Origin: Terriglobia bacterium | Lineage (GTDB): Bacteria > Acidobacteriota > Terriglobia > Acidiferrales > UBA7541 | Length of the DNA stretch: 64,000 nt | Direction: 5' to 3' | NCBI GenBank assembly: GCA_963695545.1 | Contig: OY968796.1 | Coordinates: forward strand, 384,001 to 448,000 | Part shown: positions 19,201 through 28,089 of the stretch, in pieces | Position numbering within the stretch: the first letter of the stretch is position 1 | Layout of the letters: each line of letters begins with the position of its first letter | Notes under the pieces: model-generated | Database searches by the model: none | Told to the model about the DNA's origin: nothing | Seen by the model: the letters and a program-made list of their open reading frames with translations, nothing else | Made by a program: the position numbers and the translations under genes

Positions 19201-19817
19201 GAGAGCTGTTTGATCTCATCCGCGCCAAGCGCGCGCCGCACAATCGTCAGCGAAGAGATTTTCCCGCCGAAGTGTTCCCCGTTCGGCCACCGAAACATCG
19301 GCGGCGCCATTTCAAGAATCGCGCTCACGCTTCCAATGTCGAGCGTGCCACTCGCCACCTGCACGCCGTCGCTGAAAAGATGGAATTCGCTGCCATCAAA
19401 TGTCGCGGCAAGGAAATGCCATTTCGCGGGATCGAGCGCGACGGGAGCGGACAACATATTGTCTTGGCCCATCCACAGCACGATCTTGCCGGCATCGAAC
19501 GCCAGGTAGCGCGGATATTCCTCCGTCGGCGCTCCCATCCCCGCGATCAAGCTAAATCCCTTCGGCGCTTCGTCGCTTTTCACCCAAGCATACAAAGACC
19601 ACGGCAACTCCGCGCGCAGCAGCGAATCGTGCGCCGCCAAAGGTTTTTCCAACCCCTCGCCGTCCGGCAAAAACACGGCGTTGTACGGCCCATACACCGC
19701 CGGATCGTTCGTCACGATTTGCGCGCGCGCCGCAGCCGCTCGAGCAACCAGGCAAAGCGCTACGAGTCCAAAAAAAAGAGCGCCAGTTCGCCGCGCGATC
19801 GGATTCGAGTGCTTCAT
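16233..19817 (-). CDS. Secreted glycoside hydrolase family 2 (beta-mannosidase or exo-beta-glucosaminidase-like) with an N-terminal LamG/ConA-like domain
   Basis: ATVPGTVL, GINYKA, GWDW, LWWPNGYG, RFRNHPSIVVWCGRNEG, LamG-like WHFLAATFDG. AGGAG Shine-Dalgarno before ATG 19817. Confidence 0.9.
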   Translation of the reverse strand: MKHSNPIARRTGALFFGLVALCLVARAAAARAQIVTNDPAVYGPYNAVFLPDGEGLEKPLAAHDSLLRAELPWSLYAWVKSDEAPKGFSLIAGMGAPTEEYPRYLAFDAGKIVLWMGQDNMLSAPVALDPAKWHFLAATFDGSEFHLFSDGVQVASGTLDIGSVSAILEMAPPMFRWPNGEHFGGKISSLTIVRRALGADEIKQLSEQIPDFSIVDFEEASKPWPVQTRERIGYDAPQSPDEMPVSKAPFGKPVARSLPASRAALEADGENQWAIAGGWTLRPAPEVNADGPEISGAQFNSSDWLPATVPGTVLTTFVDRGVYPDPDYGLNNLAIPESLNKQDYWYRAKFAAPKEIAGRRLTLTFHGINYKAAVWLNGKFLGTITGAFIRGVFDVTDILKPASENVLAVRVSPPPHPGIPNEQSIKGGPGENGGIMCLDGPTFMATEGWDWVPGIRDRDTGIWQPVTLTATGAVRIGDPQVVTSLPLPDTSRADVEISVPLENLSAAPVHGTLDASFDQTAVSKKDIVLPPGESTVKLTPAEFSQLTVQHPRLWWPNGYGKPELYDLTLSFIEGDEVSATKHLRFGIREITYELSLLDNTGHLRRVEFSPTDARAENGEVVDITHAGIREIPIANPAFQFAAAAGSPAPADPAAARGYSDGWVASLAAGSESSPSVHMLGDAGAAPYLVIKVNGVRIACRGGNWGMDDARKRVSRARLEPFFRLHRDANLNIIRNWQGQSTEEVFYDLADEYGLMVWNDFWESTQNSNAEAEDPALFLANARDTIQRFRNHPSIVVWCGRNEGVPQPTINEGLADLVRTLDGTRYYSPSSNRINLQNSGPYRYQDPALYYTKLNLGFSMETGTPSMSTLESFRAWIPAADQWPIDDVWAYHDWHQSGNGDVAPFMAQIEAEFGAATTLEDFERKAQMLNYVDHRAIFEGMNAHLWAPNSGRLLWMTQPAWPSTMWQILSSDYDTQASYYGVKKACEPVHVQLDLSNYNVDAVNTTTGSLAGVTVSANVFSLDNKLLLHHEEKADLAADSVTHGFALDVAPLLANGVVLIKLELRSASGELLSDNLYWIGAESSSYRELNRLPAAALSATATSASSAGGDAVHVHVELRNGGNTVALANKLTLLNAADGSRILPAYFSDNYVSLLPGETRDIEIEFPPTAAHGAAQIAIRGWNLAPQTIPVTPQK

Positions 19818-20017
19818 GAAGCTCCTGGAGTCATGCCCGCGATTTTTCGCCGCGATCATACTCCAGTTCGCCGCGATGCGTGTCTCGCGCAACCCCCGGC
19901 CCGCCTCATGAGCACGTGTAGGGGCGACAAAGCCTTGCGTGGCCGAATCCGCGAGTCGCGATCCCTCATGCACATCCGCCCCGCCCTGTGGAAATTAATT
20001 CGAATACTATTTAGTAA

Positions 20018-20046
20018 TTGACAGTTTCTTACTTTTATGCTATATC
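20018..20046 (+). promoter_or_regulatory. sigma70-type promoter
   Basis: TTGACA-N17-TATATC with an extended TG, in an AT-rich island. Confidence 0.55.
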
Positions 20047-20310
20047 TCTGTGTGTTCACAAACTCAATTCGAACTCTGCCCCCGCCCCTCCCCCGAGCCC
20101 TGCGTCGCGTCGCGCCTGTTTCCATTTTTCTCGCACAACTCCCCTGCTTTCAATCAATTCCGAACCGCTCATGCACACTTTTCCTGGAAGTGCTGCATTC
20201 ACATCAACTTACAAACTGCGTACCGGGGGTGTGCCCCTCTACGCATCTCAACCTGCGCGGCACAGATGCCCCGCCGCGTGATCGCAGTGGAGTAGAATGG
20301 GTGTGGCGCG

Positions 20311-22137
20311 ATGAATAGACCTCACAAAATTGCGTGCGCGCGCCGCGCGAGTTTTGGCCGCGCGAGCCGAACAATGGCCGCGCCCCTCGCCGCGCAAACA
20401 CTGGCGGCTGCGTTGGCCGCAGCTCTCTTCGCGATTCCGGCGCTCGCGTCGGCGATCGGCGGGACGAAATCTCCTTCGGCTTCTTCGACTGGGACTTTTT
20501 CTCCCGCGAGCATCGGTGCAGCCGCGAACCGCGATTTCGTCGGCAAGCTTCCCATCAGCGATCTCGATCAGGAACAAGCCGTGCTCCACGCGCTCGATCG
20601 GCTCGGCTTTGGGCCGGCGCCGGGAGAGGTCGCGCGCCTCGAGCAATCCGGCCTGGAAGCGTGGATCGATCAGCAGCTTCATCCCGAATCAATCGACGAC
20701 TCCGCGATGGACGCGCGCCTCGCGAGTCTTCCGGCGCTGCAACTTTCCGCGCAGGCGCTGCTCGACCAATATCCTCCGACCGACGTCGCCGCGAAACGCG
20801 CGGGAATGTCGCAGGACGACTACCGCAAGCTTCAGCAGCAACTCGCGCATCCCGCGCAGGGCGTGCATCCGCCGCCCTCGAGCGACCCGCAGGAAATTCA
20901 GAACGAACTCGCCCAGGCCAAAATGCTCCGCGCGATTTACAGCGAGCGGCAACTCGAAGAGCAGCTCGTTAATTTCTGGTTCAACCACTTCAACGTCTAT
21001 GCGCCGAAGGATCAGGATCGCTGGTACATCCTGCCGTACGAGCGCGACACGATTCGCCCGCACGTGCTTGGAAAATTCCGCGATCTGCTCGAAGCCACGG
21101 CCAAGAGCCCCGCGATGCAGTTTTATCTCGACAATTGGCTGAGCGCCGATCCGGACGCCTTCGCGCGCATCAAGCAGGATCCCGAGCAATACCGCGCCAA
21201 GCCCGGCGCGCCGCCGCTCGGCGGCAAGCGCGGCCTGAACGAAAATTACGGCCGCGAATTGATGGAGCTGCACACGCTCGGCGTCGACGGCGGCTACACC
21301 CAGCAGGACGTGATCGAGGTGGCGCGCTGCTTCACGGGCTGGACGATCGCGTCGCCAAGGCAGAATCCCGAATTTTATTTCGACGACCGCATTCACGACC
21401 CCGGCGAAAAACGCGTGCTCGGCAAGAGAATTCACGCCGGTGGAATTCGCGACGGCGAACAGGTGCTCGATATGCTCGCGAAAAATCCGCACACCGCGCA
21501 CCACATTTCGCTTGAGCTTGCGCAATATTTCGGCGCCGACGATCCGCCGGCGCCGCTGGTGGACCGCATGGTCAAAACATGGAAAAAAACCAACGGCGAT
21601 TTGCGCGAAGTGATGCGCGCCATGATCTATTCGCCGGAATTCTGGTCGCACGCGGCGTATCGCGCCAAAGTGAAAACGCCGTTTGAGCTTGTGGCCTCCG
21701 CCGCGCGCGCCCTCGGCGCCGATGTGGATCAGGCGCAGCCGCTGGTTTACTGGAGCGCGCGCATCGGCGAGCCGCTCTATCAGTGCCTGCCGCCCGACGG
21801 CTATTCCGATAAAGCCCAATCCTGGGTAAGTACCGGCGCGCTTCTCAATCGTCTTAACTACGCCATTGCGCTTGCGAGCGATCGCATTCGCGGAACGTCC
21901 GTCGAGCTAACGCCGCTGGTCGGCGACGACGTCGGAGCGGATCCGCAGAAGGCTCTCGATCGCGTGATGACACTTTTCCTGGGCGAAGGCGTTTCCGACG
22001 CCACGCGCGCCACGCTCGAGCGCGAATCGAACGATCCGAAAGTCACCGGCGCGAAGCTCGACGATCCCATTCGCGAAGTCAATCTGGGCGTGCTGAGCGG
22101 CCTGGTGCTGGGCGCGCCCGAATTTCAGGAGAGGTGA
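20311..22137 (+). CDS. DUF1800 family protein
   Basis: LDRLGFGP, FWFNHFNV, SPAMQFYLDN, NENYGRELMELHTLG, KVKTPFE, PEFQER. Start uncertain. Confidence 0.9.
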   Translation: MNRPHKIACARRASFGRASRTMAAPLAAQTLAAALAAALFAIPALASAIGGTKSPSASSTGTFSPASIGAAANRDFVGKLPISDLDQEQAVLHALDRLGFGPAPGEVARLEQSGLEAWIDQQLHPESIDDSAMDARLASLPALQLSAQALLDQYPPTDVAAKRAGMSQDDYRKLQQQLAHPAQGVHPPPSSDPQEIQNELAQAKMLRAIYSERQLEEQLVNFWFNHFNVYAPKDQDRWYILPYERDTIRPHVLGKFRDLLEATAKSPAMQFYLDNWLSADPDAFARIKQDPEQYRAKPGAPPLGGKRGLNENYGRELMELHTLGVDGGYTQQDVIEVARCFTGWTIASPRQNPEFYFDDRIHDPGEKRVLGKRIHAGGIRDGEQVLDMLAKNPHTAHHISLELAQYFGADDPPAPLVDRMVKTWKKTNGDLREVMRAMIYSPEFWSHAAYRAKVKTPFELVASAARALGADVDQAQPLVYWSARIGEPLYQCLPPDGYSDKAQSWVSTGALLNRLNYAIALASDRIRGTSVELTPLVGDDVGADPQKALDRVMTLFLGEGVSDATRATLERESNDPKVTGAKLDDPIREVNLGVLSGLVLGAPEFQER

Positions 22138-22179
22138 TAGAATCGCGCCGCCCAACCTTGGGCACATCGGAGGCCGCCC

Positions 22180-22620
22180 ATGGGAAAAGAAAAACCGCAG
22201 AGTTTTGACGATCACGCGCGTTTCGTCCCCGCATTCCACTTTTTCGTGCTGCCGGTATTGTTCGTGAATTTCGTGGCTTCGTTTTTTCCGCTGCGGCACG
22301 GCATCTCGTTCCGTTCGGTTTTCGGCGTGCTGCTGGCCGCGGCGCTGCTGATGCTCGGGCTGACCGCGCGCACATTTGCGCTCACTGTGCAGGACCGCGT
22401 GATCCGCCTCGAAATGCGCCTGCGAATGGCCGAGCTTCTGCCGATGGATATGAGAGGAAAGATCGACGAATTCACGGTGGGCCAATTGATCGGGCTGCGC
22501 TTCGCGAGCGATGCGGAATTGCCGGACCTGGCTCGGCGCGTCCTCGAAGAGCCGGTGACGGATCGCACCGTGATCAAGAAGTTGATCAAGAACTGGCGCG
22601 CGGATTATTTGCGGGCGTAG
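22180..22620 (+). CDS. DUF6526-like membrane protein
   Basis: GGAGG Shine-Dalgarno. HARFVPAFHF, QDRVIRLEMRLR, LRFASDAEL, IKNWRADYLR. Confidence 0.8.
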   Translation: MGKEKPQSFDDHARFVPAFHFFVLPVLFVNFVASFFPLRHGISFRSVFGVLLAAALLMLGLTARTFALTVQDRVIRLEMRLRMAELLPMDMRGKIDEFTVGQLIGLRFASDAELPDLARRVLEEPVTDRTVIKKLIKNWRADYLRA

Positions 22621-22652
22621 CAGAGCAAGCTCTCAGCGCGAGCGCGACGGCG

Positions 22653-24134
22653 CTAACACGCCGCCGCAGCTGGTCCGCACGCGGGCGCGGGTTGCGGGCG
22701 CACCTTGTAGACTTCGAGCGCTCCGTAGGAATAGACGCGGTCACCGATTCCGGCAAGCGACGGAGAAAACTCGGGCACGCCATAGGCCCATATATATTGA
22801 TAGTCGCGCGCCGCCGCCGCAAAGTCCGGCGAATCGTCGTCGCCCTGGCTCCAGAAAGCGTCGTCGGTATAGCTGTCGTAAGTGATGCGCATGGGCGTTT
22901 CGCCGGGAAAATCGAATAGATACGGCGAAAACCAGCCGCGGCGGATAACGCCGTACGACCAGAAATGGGTGAACGGCCGCTCGATCGGATCCTGGTCGCC
23001 CTTGACGATCGGCAGCACGAGCGCGTCGCGCGGCACAACATCGAATGACGCGGCCAAGCCCGCGAGTTCAGGCTGCTCGGCGCCCCACTTGTGAGTGATG
23101 CTTACCGCGCGCGCCGCAAACAAGATCAACGGCAGCGCGGCAAGCAATCGTGCGCGCGGCCCGATGCGCGCGACGGCGAAGATCACGACAAACAAGAGCG
23201 GCAGCACGCGAATATCGAGATCGGATGCGTCACCGTAACCCCACGGAATGATCCAGAACGCGGCGAACAAAAACGCCGCGGTGCCGAGCCAAGGCCAATC
23301 CCAGCGAAACGAAGGATTGCGCCACCACGCGAGCAGAAAAAAAACAGGCACCGCCGCGAACGTGATCCAATCGAGCTTCGGCGAATATCCGTGCATGATT
23401 TTTCCGAGCGCGGCGATCTTGTCGCCCCATTGCTGATACACAATTTGCTGGCGTCCGAGACCCACACGCGAAGAGTGCAGATACGCGAGCGCGCCGGGAA
23501 CAAACAACAACCAGGAAAACACGATCAATCGAAACGATTGCCGCGAGAGTAGAGCGTAAACCGTGAGCGTGATTCCGACAATTGCAAACGCGAGCAAGTG
23601 CGTGAAATAAAGCGCGGTGACGGCGACCAGCGTCGCGACCCAGAGAGCGGCGCCGCTGCGGCGCAGCCAGCGCAGCCACAATCCGAATGCGAACATGCCG
23701 ACGACCAGGCCGAGATCGAAATTGAGAAATCCTTCGAGAAAAAATACGTTGTAGGCCACAAGCGCAGCCCACACGGCGGTCCAGTTTTCGCCCGGATGCG
23801 CTTCGCGCAGAAAAAACCACGCGGCGACGGGAAACAACACGGCGCACAGACTGAGAAAAACGCGACCGGCGGTCTCGATGGGAAAAATTCGATCGAGAAC
23901 GAACATGCTGGCATCCATCCCGAGATACGGGTAGAGCCGCCAGTCGGAAGCGTAGTACTTCGAGAAAGTGTACGCAGGATCGTGAAGATGGCGCAGAACG
24001 AAGGCGCGCGCCAGGTGATTCGGATAATCGAGAAGCGGCGGAAAGGCCGCGCGCCAGATGGGCAGCAGGAGTCCCGCTGCGAGAACCACGAGTGCCGCGA
24101 CGATCAGAAGTCGTTTGGGAATTTCGGAGGGCAC
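22653..24134 (-). CDS. Polytopic membrane protein, possibly a GT-C-fold glycosyltransferase
   Basis: About 10 TM segments, first-loop motif PPLLDYPNHLAR, and a soluble C-terminal domain. Confidence 0.65.
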   Translation of the reverse strand: MPSEIPKRLLIVAALVVLAAGLLLPIWRAAFPPLLDYPNHLARAFVLRHLHDPAYTFSKYYASDWRLYPYLGMDASMFVLDRIFPIETAGRVFLSLCAVLFPVAAWFFLREAHPGENWTAVWAALVAYNVFFLEGFLNFDLGLVVGMFAFGLWLRWLRRSGAALWVATLVAVTALYFTHLLAFAIVGITLTVYALLSRQSFRLIVFSWLLFVPGALAYLHSSRVGLGRQQIVYQQWGDKIAALGKIMHGYSPKLDWITFAAVPVFFLLAWWRNPSFRWDWPWLGTAAFLFAAFWIIPWGYGDASDLDIRVLPLLFVVIFAVARIGPRARLLAALPLILFAARAVSITHKWGAEQPELAGLAASFDVVPRDALVLPIVKGDQDPIERPFTHFWSYGVIRRGWFSPYLFDFPGETPMRITYDSYTDDAFWSQGDDDSPDFAAAARDYQYIWAYGVPEFSPSLAGIGDRVYSYGALEVYKVRPQPAPACGPAAAAC

Positions 24135-25408
24135 TAGCGAAGGCCGCTGGCCAAAAGGGGAAGAAGCCCCGCGAGCGTCAGGCCAATCAATAATGCGAGG
24201 CTCTCCCGGCCGGTTTTACGATCGGCGAGGCCCAAAGCGAAAAATCCTTTGGCGAGATTGTTGCTCGCGGCAGCCACCACGATGGACGCAGCGGCAAGAT
24301 GCAAGGGCGCAGACTGACCGGCCGCTTGCGTCAATCCCATAACGAACGGCTCGACGTCGCTGATGCCCATGACGGTCGCAAGCGCAAAAATTCCTCCGCG
24401 GCCCAGATACGTCAGCGTGAACTGCGTGAGCACGAGGACGCCGACGAAAATGACGGCGAAGGTAAACGCCACGGATAGTTCGAGAGGATTCTTCGAGGTG
24501 ACGCCGCCTTGCCCCGAGACCGCGCCGGAATCCGGCCGGCGCGCCCACATCCATCCGCCCACCATTCCGACGAACGTGAGAATCGCAAACGGCAATGCAA
24601 TCAACTGCGCGAGCGCGTGATTGAACAGCCACACGAGGACCAGGAATCGAAGATACATCACGCCGGAAGCGAGGAGGATGGCGCCTGAATATAGATGAGG
24701 CGCGGGAGCTACGCGCGCGCGCTTCGACAATACGATGGTGGTCAGCGTCGACGAATATGCGCCGCCGAGCAGCGCGGCGAGCATCACGCCGCCTTTGCCG
24801 TGCGTGAGTTTCTGCAAGATATAGCCGCCGTAAGAAAGTCCGCTGACGGCGACGACGACCATCCAGGCCTTGAAAGGATTCAAGTGATACGCGCCGAATT
24901 CGCGATTGGGCAGAATCGGCAGGATGACGAATGTCAGCAGGAGAAACTTGGTGAACGTCAGAATTTCAGTCGCAGCGATGCGATCGGTGAGGCTCTCGAG
25001 AAACTGCTTCAACTCGAGCAGGAGCAAACCCAGGATCGCCAGAGTGGTGGCCACCCAAAAATGATCTCGGGAGATCAGCACGCCGACCAGGTATGTGGTG
25101 AGACCGGAAATCTCCGTGGTTACACCGGCGACGGTCTGCGTCTGGAGCTTGTGCCAATAGGACAGCCAGAGAAAGGCGCCGACCACGGCAAATCCCGCGG
25201 CGATCAGGCCCCATCCCTGGCCGGCGAGCAGACCCATGGCGTAGCCAATCAGTCCAATCAGCGGAAATGTGCGGACGCCACCAAAGCGATAGCGGTCGGC
25301 AACCCCGCGGCCCTCTTCGCGCTCTAAGCCTATGAGAAAAGACAGAAAGACTACGAGCAGGATTTCCACGCCTTGCGATGGCACAAGCGAGTTGAGAGCT
25401 TGAAGCAC
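24134..25408 (-). CDS. MgtC/SapB-family (DUF4010) membrane protein
   Basis: LIGLERE, GGVRTFPLIGL, GVTTE, GGAYSST, NPLEL, GISDV. GTG start after GGAGG. Confidence 0.85.
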   Translation of the reverse strand: MLQALNSLVPSQGVEILLVVFLSFLIGLEREEGRGVADRYRFGGVRTFPLIGLIGYAMGLLAGQGWGLIAAGFAVVGAFLWLSYWHKLQTQTVAGVTTEISGLTTYLVGVLISRDHFWVATTLAILGLLLLELKQFLESLTDRIAATEILTFTKFLLLTFVILPILPNREFGAYHLNPFKAWMVVVAVSGLSYGGYILQKLTHGKGGVMLAALLGGAYSSTLTTIVLSKRARVAPAPHLYSGAILLASGVMYLRFLVLVWLFNHALAQLIALPFAILTFVGMVGGWMWARRPDSGAVSGQGGVTSKNPLELSVAFTFAVIFVGVLVLTQFTLTYLGRGGIFALATVMGISDVEPFVMGLTQAAGQSAPLHLAAASIVVAAASNNLAKGFFALGLADRKTGRESLALLIGLTLAGLLPLLASGLR

Positions 25409-25594
25409 GAAACCAGGGCCTCCAGACGCGCCGATCACCACCCTTTCGGCGGCGGGCGGCGATGGGAGCGTATCGAGAAATGCCGAGAAACTCAATGACG
25501 GGCGGGCCGCAGTGCCAGTATGGGGCGCCTGTACATTTTTGTTCTTGTCAAATGATCGTACTCCGGCTATTCTCGCCCCGTCCGTTAATCCCTT

Positions 25595-26884
25595 ATGTGC
25601 TTTGAGACGACGCACCAACGCGGCGCACATCCCTGGCAAGTTCTGACCGGCGCGGTGTTTTTAGCCGCGGCCTTCTGCGCCACGCCATCGCGCTGCGCCG
25701 CGCAAACGAACGCGCAAACCCCTCCTCCTGCTGCGCAAACAACTCTCACGGAACAGCGCGACGTCAACGGCCGACAGCAGTGGACCGACACGGCAATCGA
25801 TGTCTACCCTGGCGATGTTGTGAAGTTACACGCCACCGGCGCGCTCATCGGGCCAGGCGCTCCGGCGTGTGGGCCGGACGGACGGGTGCGCGATTGGCAC
25901 AACATCACCGCGCGCTACCCGGTGAACCAGGCCGGAACCGGTGCGCTGATAGGCCGCGTGGGCGTGACGGACAAAACGCAAGCGTTCGGCGTCGGCTCGC
26001 ATCACGAAATGAAAGTGGAAATTGCCGGGCGGCTTTATCTGGGCGTCAACGAAGCGTCGAATGAATCGGCAGCGGGCAGCTATCACGTCACGATCGAGAT
26101 CGATCGTGCGACGCCGGCTCCTGCCGTGATGTCTGTATCGACCGGCGCCGGATCCGTGGTCGAAGTTTCCGCTGCGGCTTTCCCGACGTCAGGCCTCGCG
26201 CAAATTCCGCTGCGGGTGACGAATAAGGCCGGCGATCCAGGAGACATGGTGAATTTCGTTTTGATCGGCTCCGAAGCCGCCGTGGACCAGGCGTTCAGAG
26301 ACGCCGGATGGTTGAAAGTGCTGGATACGAATAAGGATCATCGACGCGCCGCGATGGGCGGTGTTTTCAGCAGCTTCCGCCACAAACCCTTCGTTGAGAT
26401 GCCGATGAGCCAGTTGTATCTGTACGGACGCGCGCAGGACGTCGGTTATGCGCGAGGCGTGGCGGTGGCGGCGCTCGGATCGCGGCACCATCTGCGACTT
26501 TGGAAGGCGCCAATTCAAGTCGCGGGGCAGGATGTGTGGGTGGGTGCGGGAACCCACGACAAAAGTTTTATGCACGATCCGCACCACAAAGGATTTTCGC
26601 ACTACATCGATCCGAACGTAGACGACGAGCGCACGTACATCCAGCAAACTTTGGGTAACACGCACGAGGCCACGCAGTGGACGATGATCCAGCCGCCCAA
26701 TCCTGTGCAGAACGCGGAGACGGTGAGTGGGCAAGTGTTCCATTCCAACGGACAGATGCTGGTGATGTGGCTGCGCGCGAACCCGACGGCGCCTGAGATT
26801 TCGGCGCAAGCCACGGGTGGTTCCACAGGCCTCGGCAGTGCAGCGACCGCTGTGCCCGGGGCAAGCGCGTTTAACAAGAATTAG
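25595..26884 (+). CDS. Exported protein with a PA-IL/LecA-like N-terminal domain and an LssY C-terminal domain
   Basis: WTDTAIDV...GALIGRVG...GRLYLGVNE (lectin-like). GDMVNFVLIG...PMSQLYLYGRAQD...RHHLRLW...WVGAGTHD...HYIDPNVDDER (LssY_C). Confidence 0.75.
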   Translation: MCFETTHQRGAHPWQVLTGAVFLAAAFCATPSRCAAQTNAQTPPPAAQTTLTEQRDVNGRQQWTDTAIDVYPGDVVKLHATGALIGPGAPACGPDGRVRDWHNITARYPVNQAGTGALIGRVGVTDKTQAFGVGSHHEMKVEIAGRLYLGVNEASNESAAGSYHVTIEIDRATPAPAVMSVSTGAGSVVEVSAAAFPTSGLAQIPLRVTNKAGDPGDMVNFVLIGSEAAVDQAFRDAGWLKVLDTNKDHRRAAMGGVFSSFRHKPFVEMPMSQLYLYGRAQDVGYARGVAVAALGSRHHLRLWKAPIQVAGQDVWVGAGTHDKSFMHDPHHKGFSHYIDPNVDDERTYIQQTLGNTHEATQWTMIQPPNPVQNAETVSGQVFHSNGQMLVMWLRANPTAPEISAQATGGSTGLGSAATAVPGASAFNKN

Positions 26885-26940
26885 ATCGAGCGACGCGCGC
26901 ACTTTCTTCCCGCCGTCTTTTCCTTACATTTGACAGTTTT

Positions 26941-28089
26941 TCAATCGAGTGATTTGTGGAATCGCAAGACGCTAACTGTGAGCAGCACTGCGGAGAAAAT
27001 TCCCATGGCCACGAGTTGCGGCCACAGAACCTCGAAACCCACGCCCTTCAAATAAACGCTGCGGACCACGATCATGAAATACCGGAGCGGATCGAGATAG
27101 GTGAGCTTCTGAAAAAATGGCGGCATGCTGCTGATGGGCGTGCCGAAGCCGGAGAGCGTGGTTGCCGGCATGATGAAGAAAAAAGACGCGATCATAGCCT
27201 GTTGCTGCGTGGCGGAGATCGTCGAGAGCAACAGGCCTGCCCCGAGTCCCGACAAAACGAAGAGCAGCGCGGCGACACCCAGGACCACGACGCTCCCGCG
27301 GAACGGGACGCCAAACCAAAACGTTCCGACCAGGCTGATCAGCGTGGCGTCAAACATGCCGACGAGAAAAAAAGGCAGCGTCTTGCCGAAGATGAATTCC
27401 CAGCGCTTGATCGGCGTCACCATGACTTGTTCGAGCGTGCCGATTTCGCGTTCGCGGACGATGGCGAAGGCCGTTAGCGTCATCACCAGGATCAGCAAGA
27501 GATTCCCGATTACGCCGGGCACGAAGAACCACCGGCTCTCGAAGGATTCGTTGAACCACGGCCGCTCTTCAAGATCCACTCCGGGCACAACCGTCGCCAA
27601 TTCCGGCTCGGCACGGTTGAGCCGGTGCGTCTGATAATCCTGGGAGAATTGCGCGCCGATCTGATTTAAATAGCCGAGGGCCACAAGAGCAGTATTCGAG
27701 TTGCTGGCGTCCACAATCACCTGCACGGGGGCGGTTTGCCCGCCTTGGAGACGCTGAGAGAAACCGCGATCGATCTCGATCGCGAGAAGCACGTCGCCAC
27801 GATCGATCCAATCGCGGATCTGATCGGTCTTCGTGGCGGTTTCGCGCAAATCGAAATAGGGACTCGAGGTGAAGCGTTGAATCAGCGCGCGGCTGTCTTG
27901 CGTGTTATCGCGATCGAGCACGGCAATCGAGACGTGTTTCACTTCAAGCGTGGCCGCATAGCCGAACACCAGCATCTGGATGATCGGCGGAACGAAAAGC
28001 ACGAAACGCGTGCGCGGATCGCGCAGCGTCTGGATGAACTCCTTCACGACCATGCCCTTGATTCGTTCCCAGGATTGCCGGAGATTCAT
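26941..28089 (-). CDS. ABC-2 permease (YbhR-like)
   Basis: KEFIQTLRD, FVPGVIG, REREIGTLEQVMVTP, LSGFGTPISSMP. Confidence 0.92.
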   Translation of the reverse strand: MNLRQSWERIKGMVVKEFIQTLRDPRTRFVLFVPPIIQMLVFGYAATLEVKHVSIAVLDRDNTQDSRALIQRFTSSPYFDLRETATKTDQIRDWIDRGDVLLAIEIDRGFSQRLQGGQTAPVQVIVDASNSNTALVALGYLNQIGAQFSQDYQTHRLNRAEPELATVVPGVDLEERPWFNESFESRWFFVPGVIGNLLLILVMTLTAFAIVREREIGTLEQVMVTPIKRWEFIFGKTLPFFLVGMFDATLISLVGTFWFGVPFRGSVVVLGVAALLFVLSGLGAGLLLSTISATQQQAMIASFFFIMPATTLSGFGTPISSMPPFFQKLTYLDPLRYFMIVVRSVYLKGVGFEVLWPQLVAMGIFSAVLLTVSVLRFHKSLD

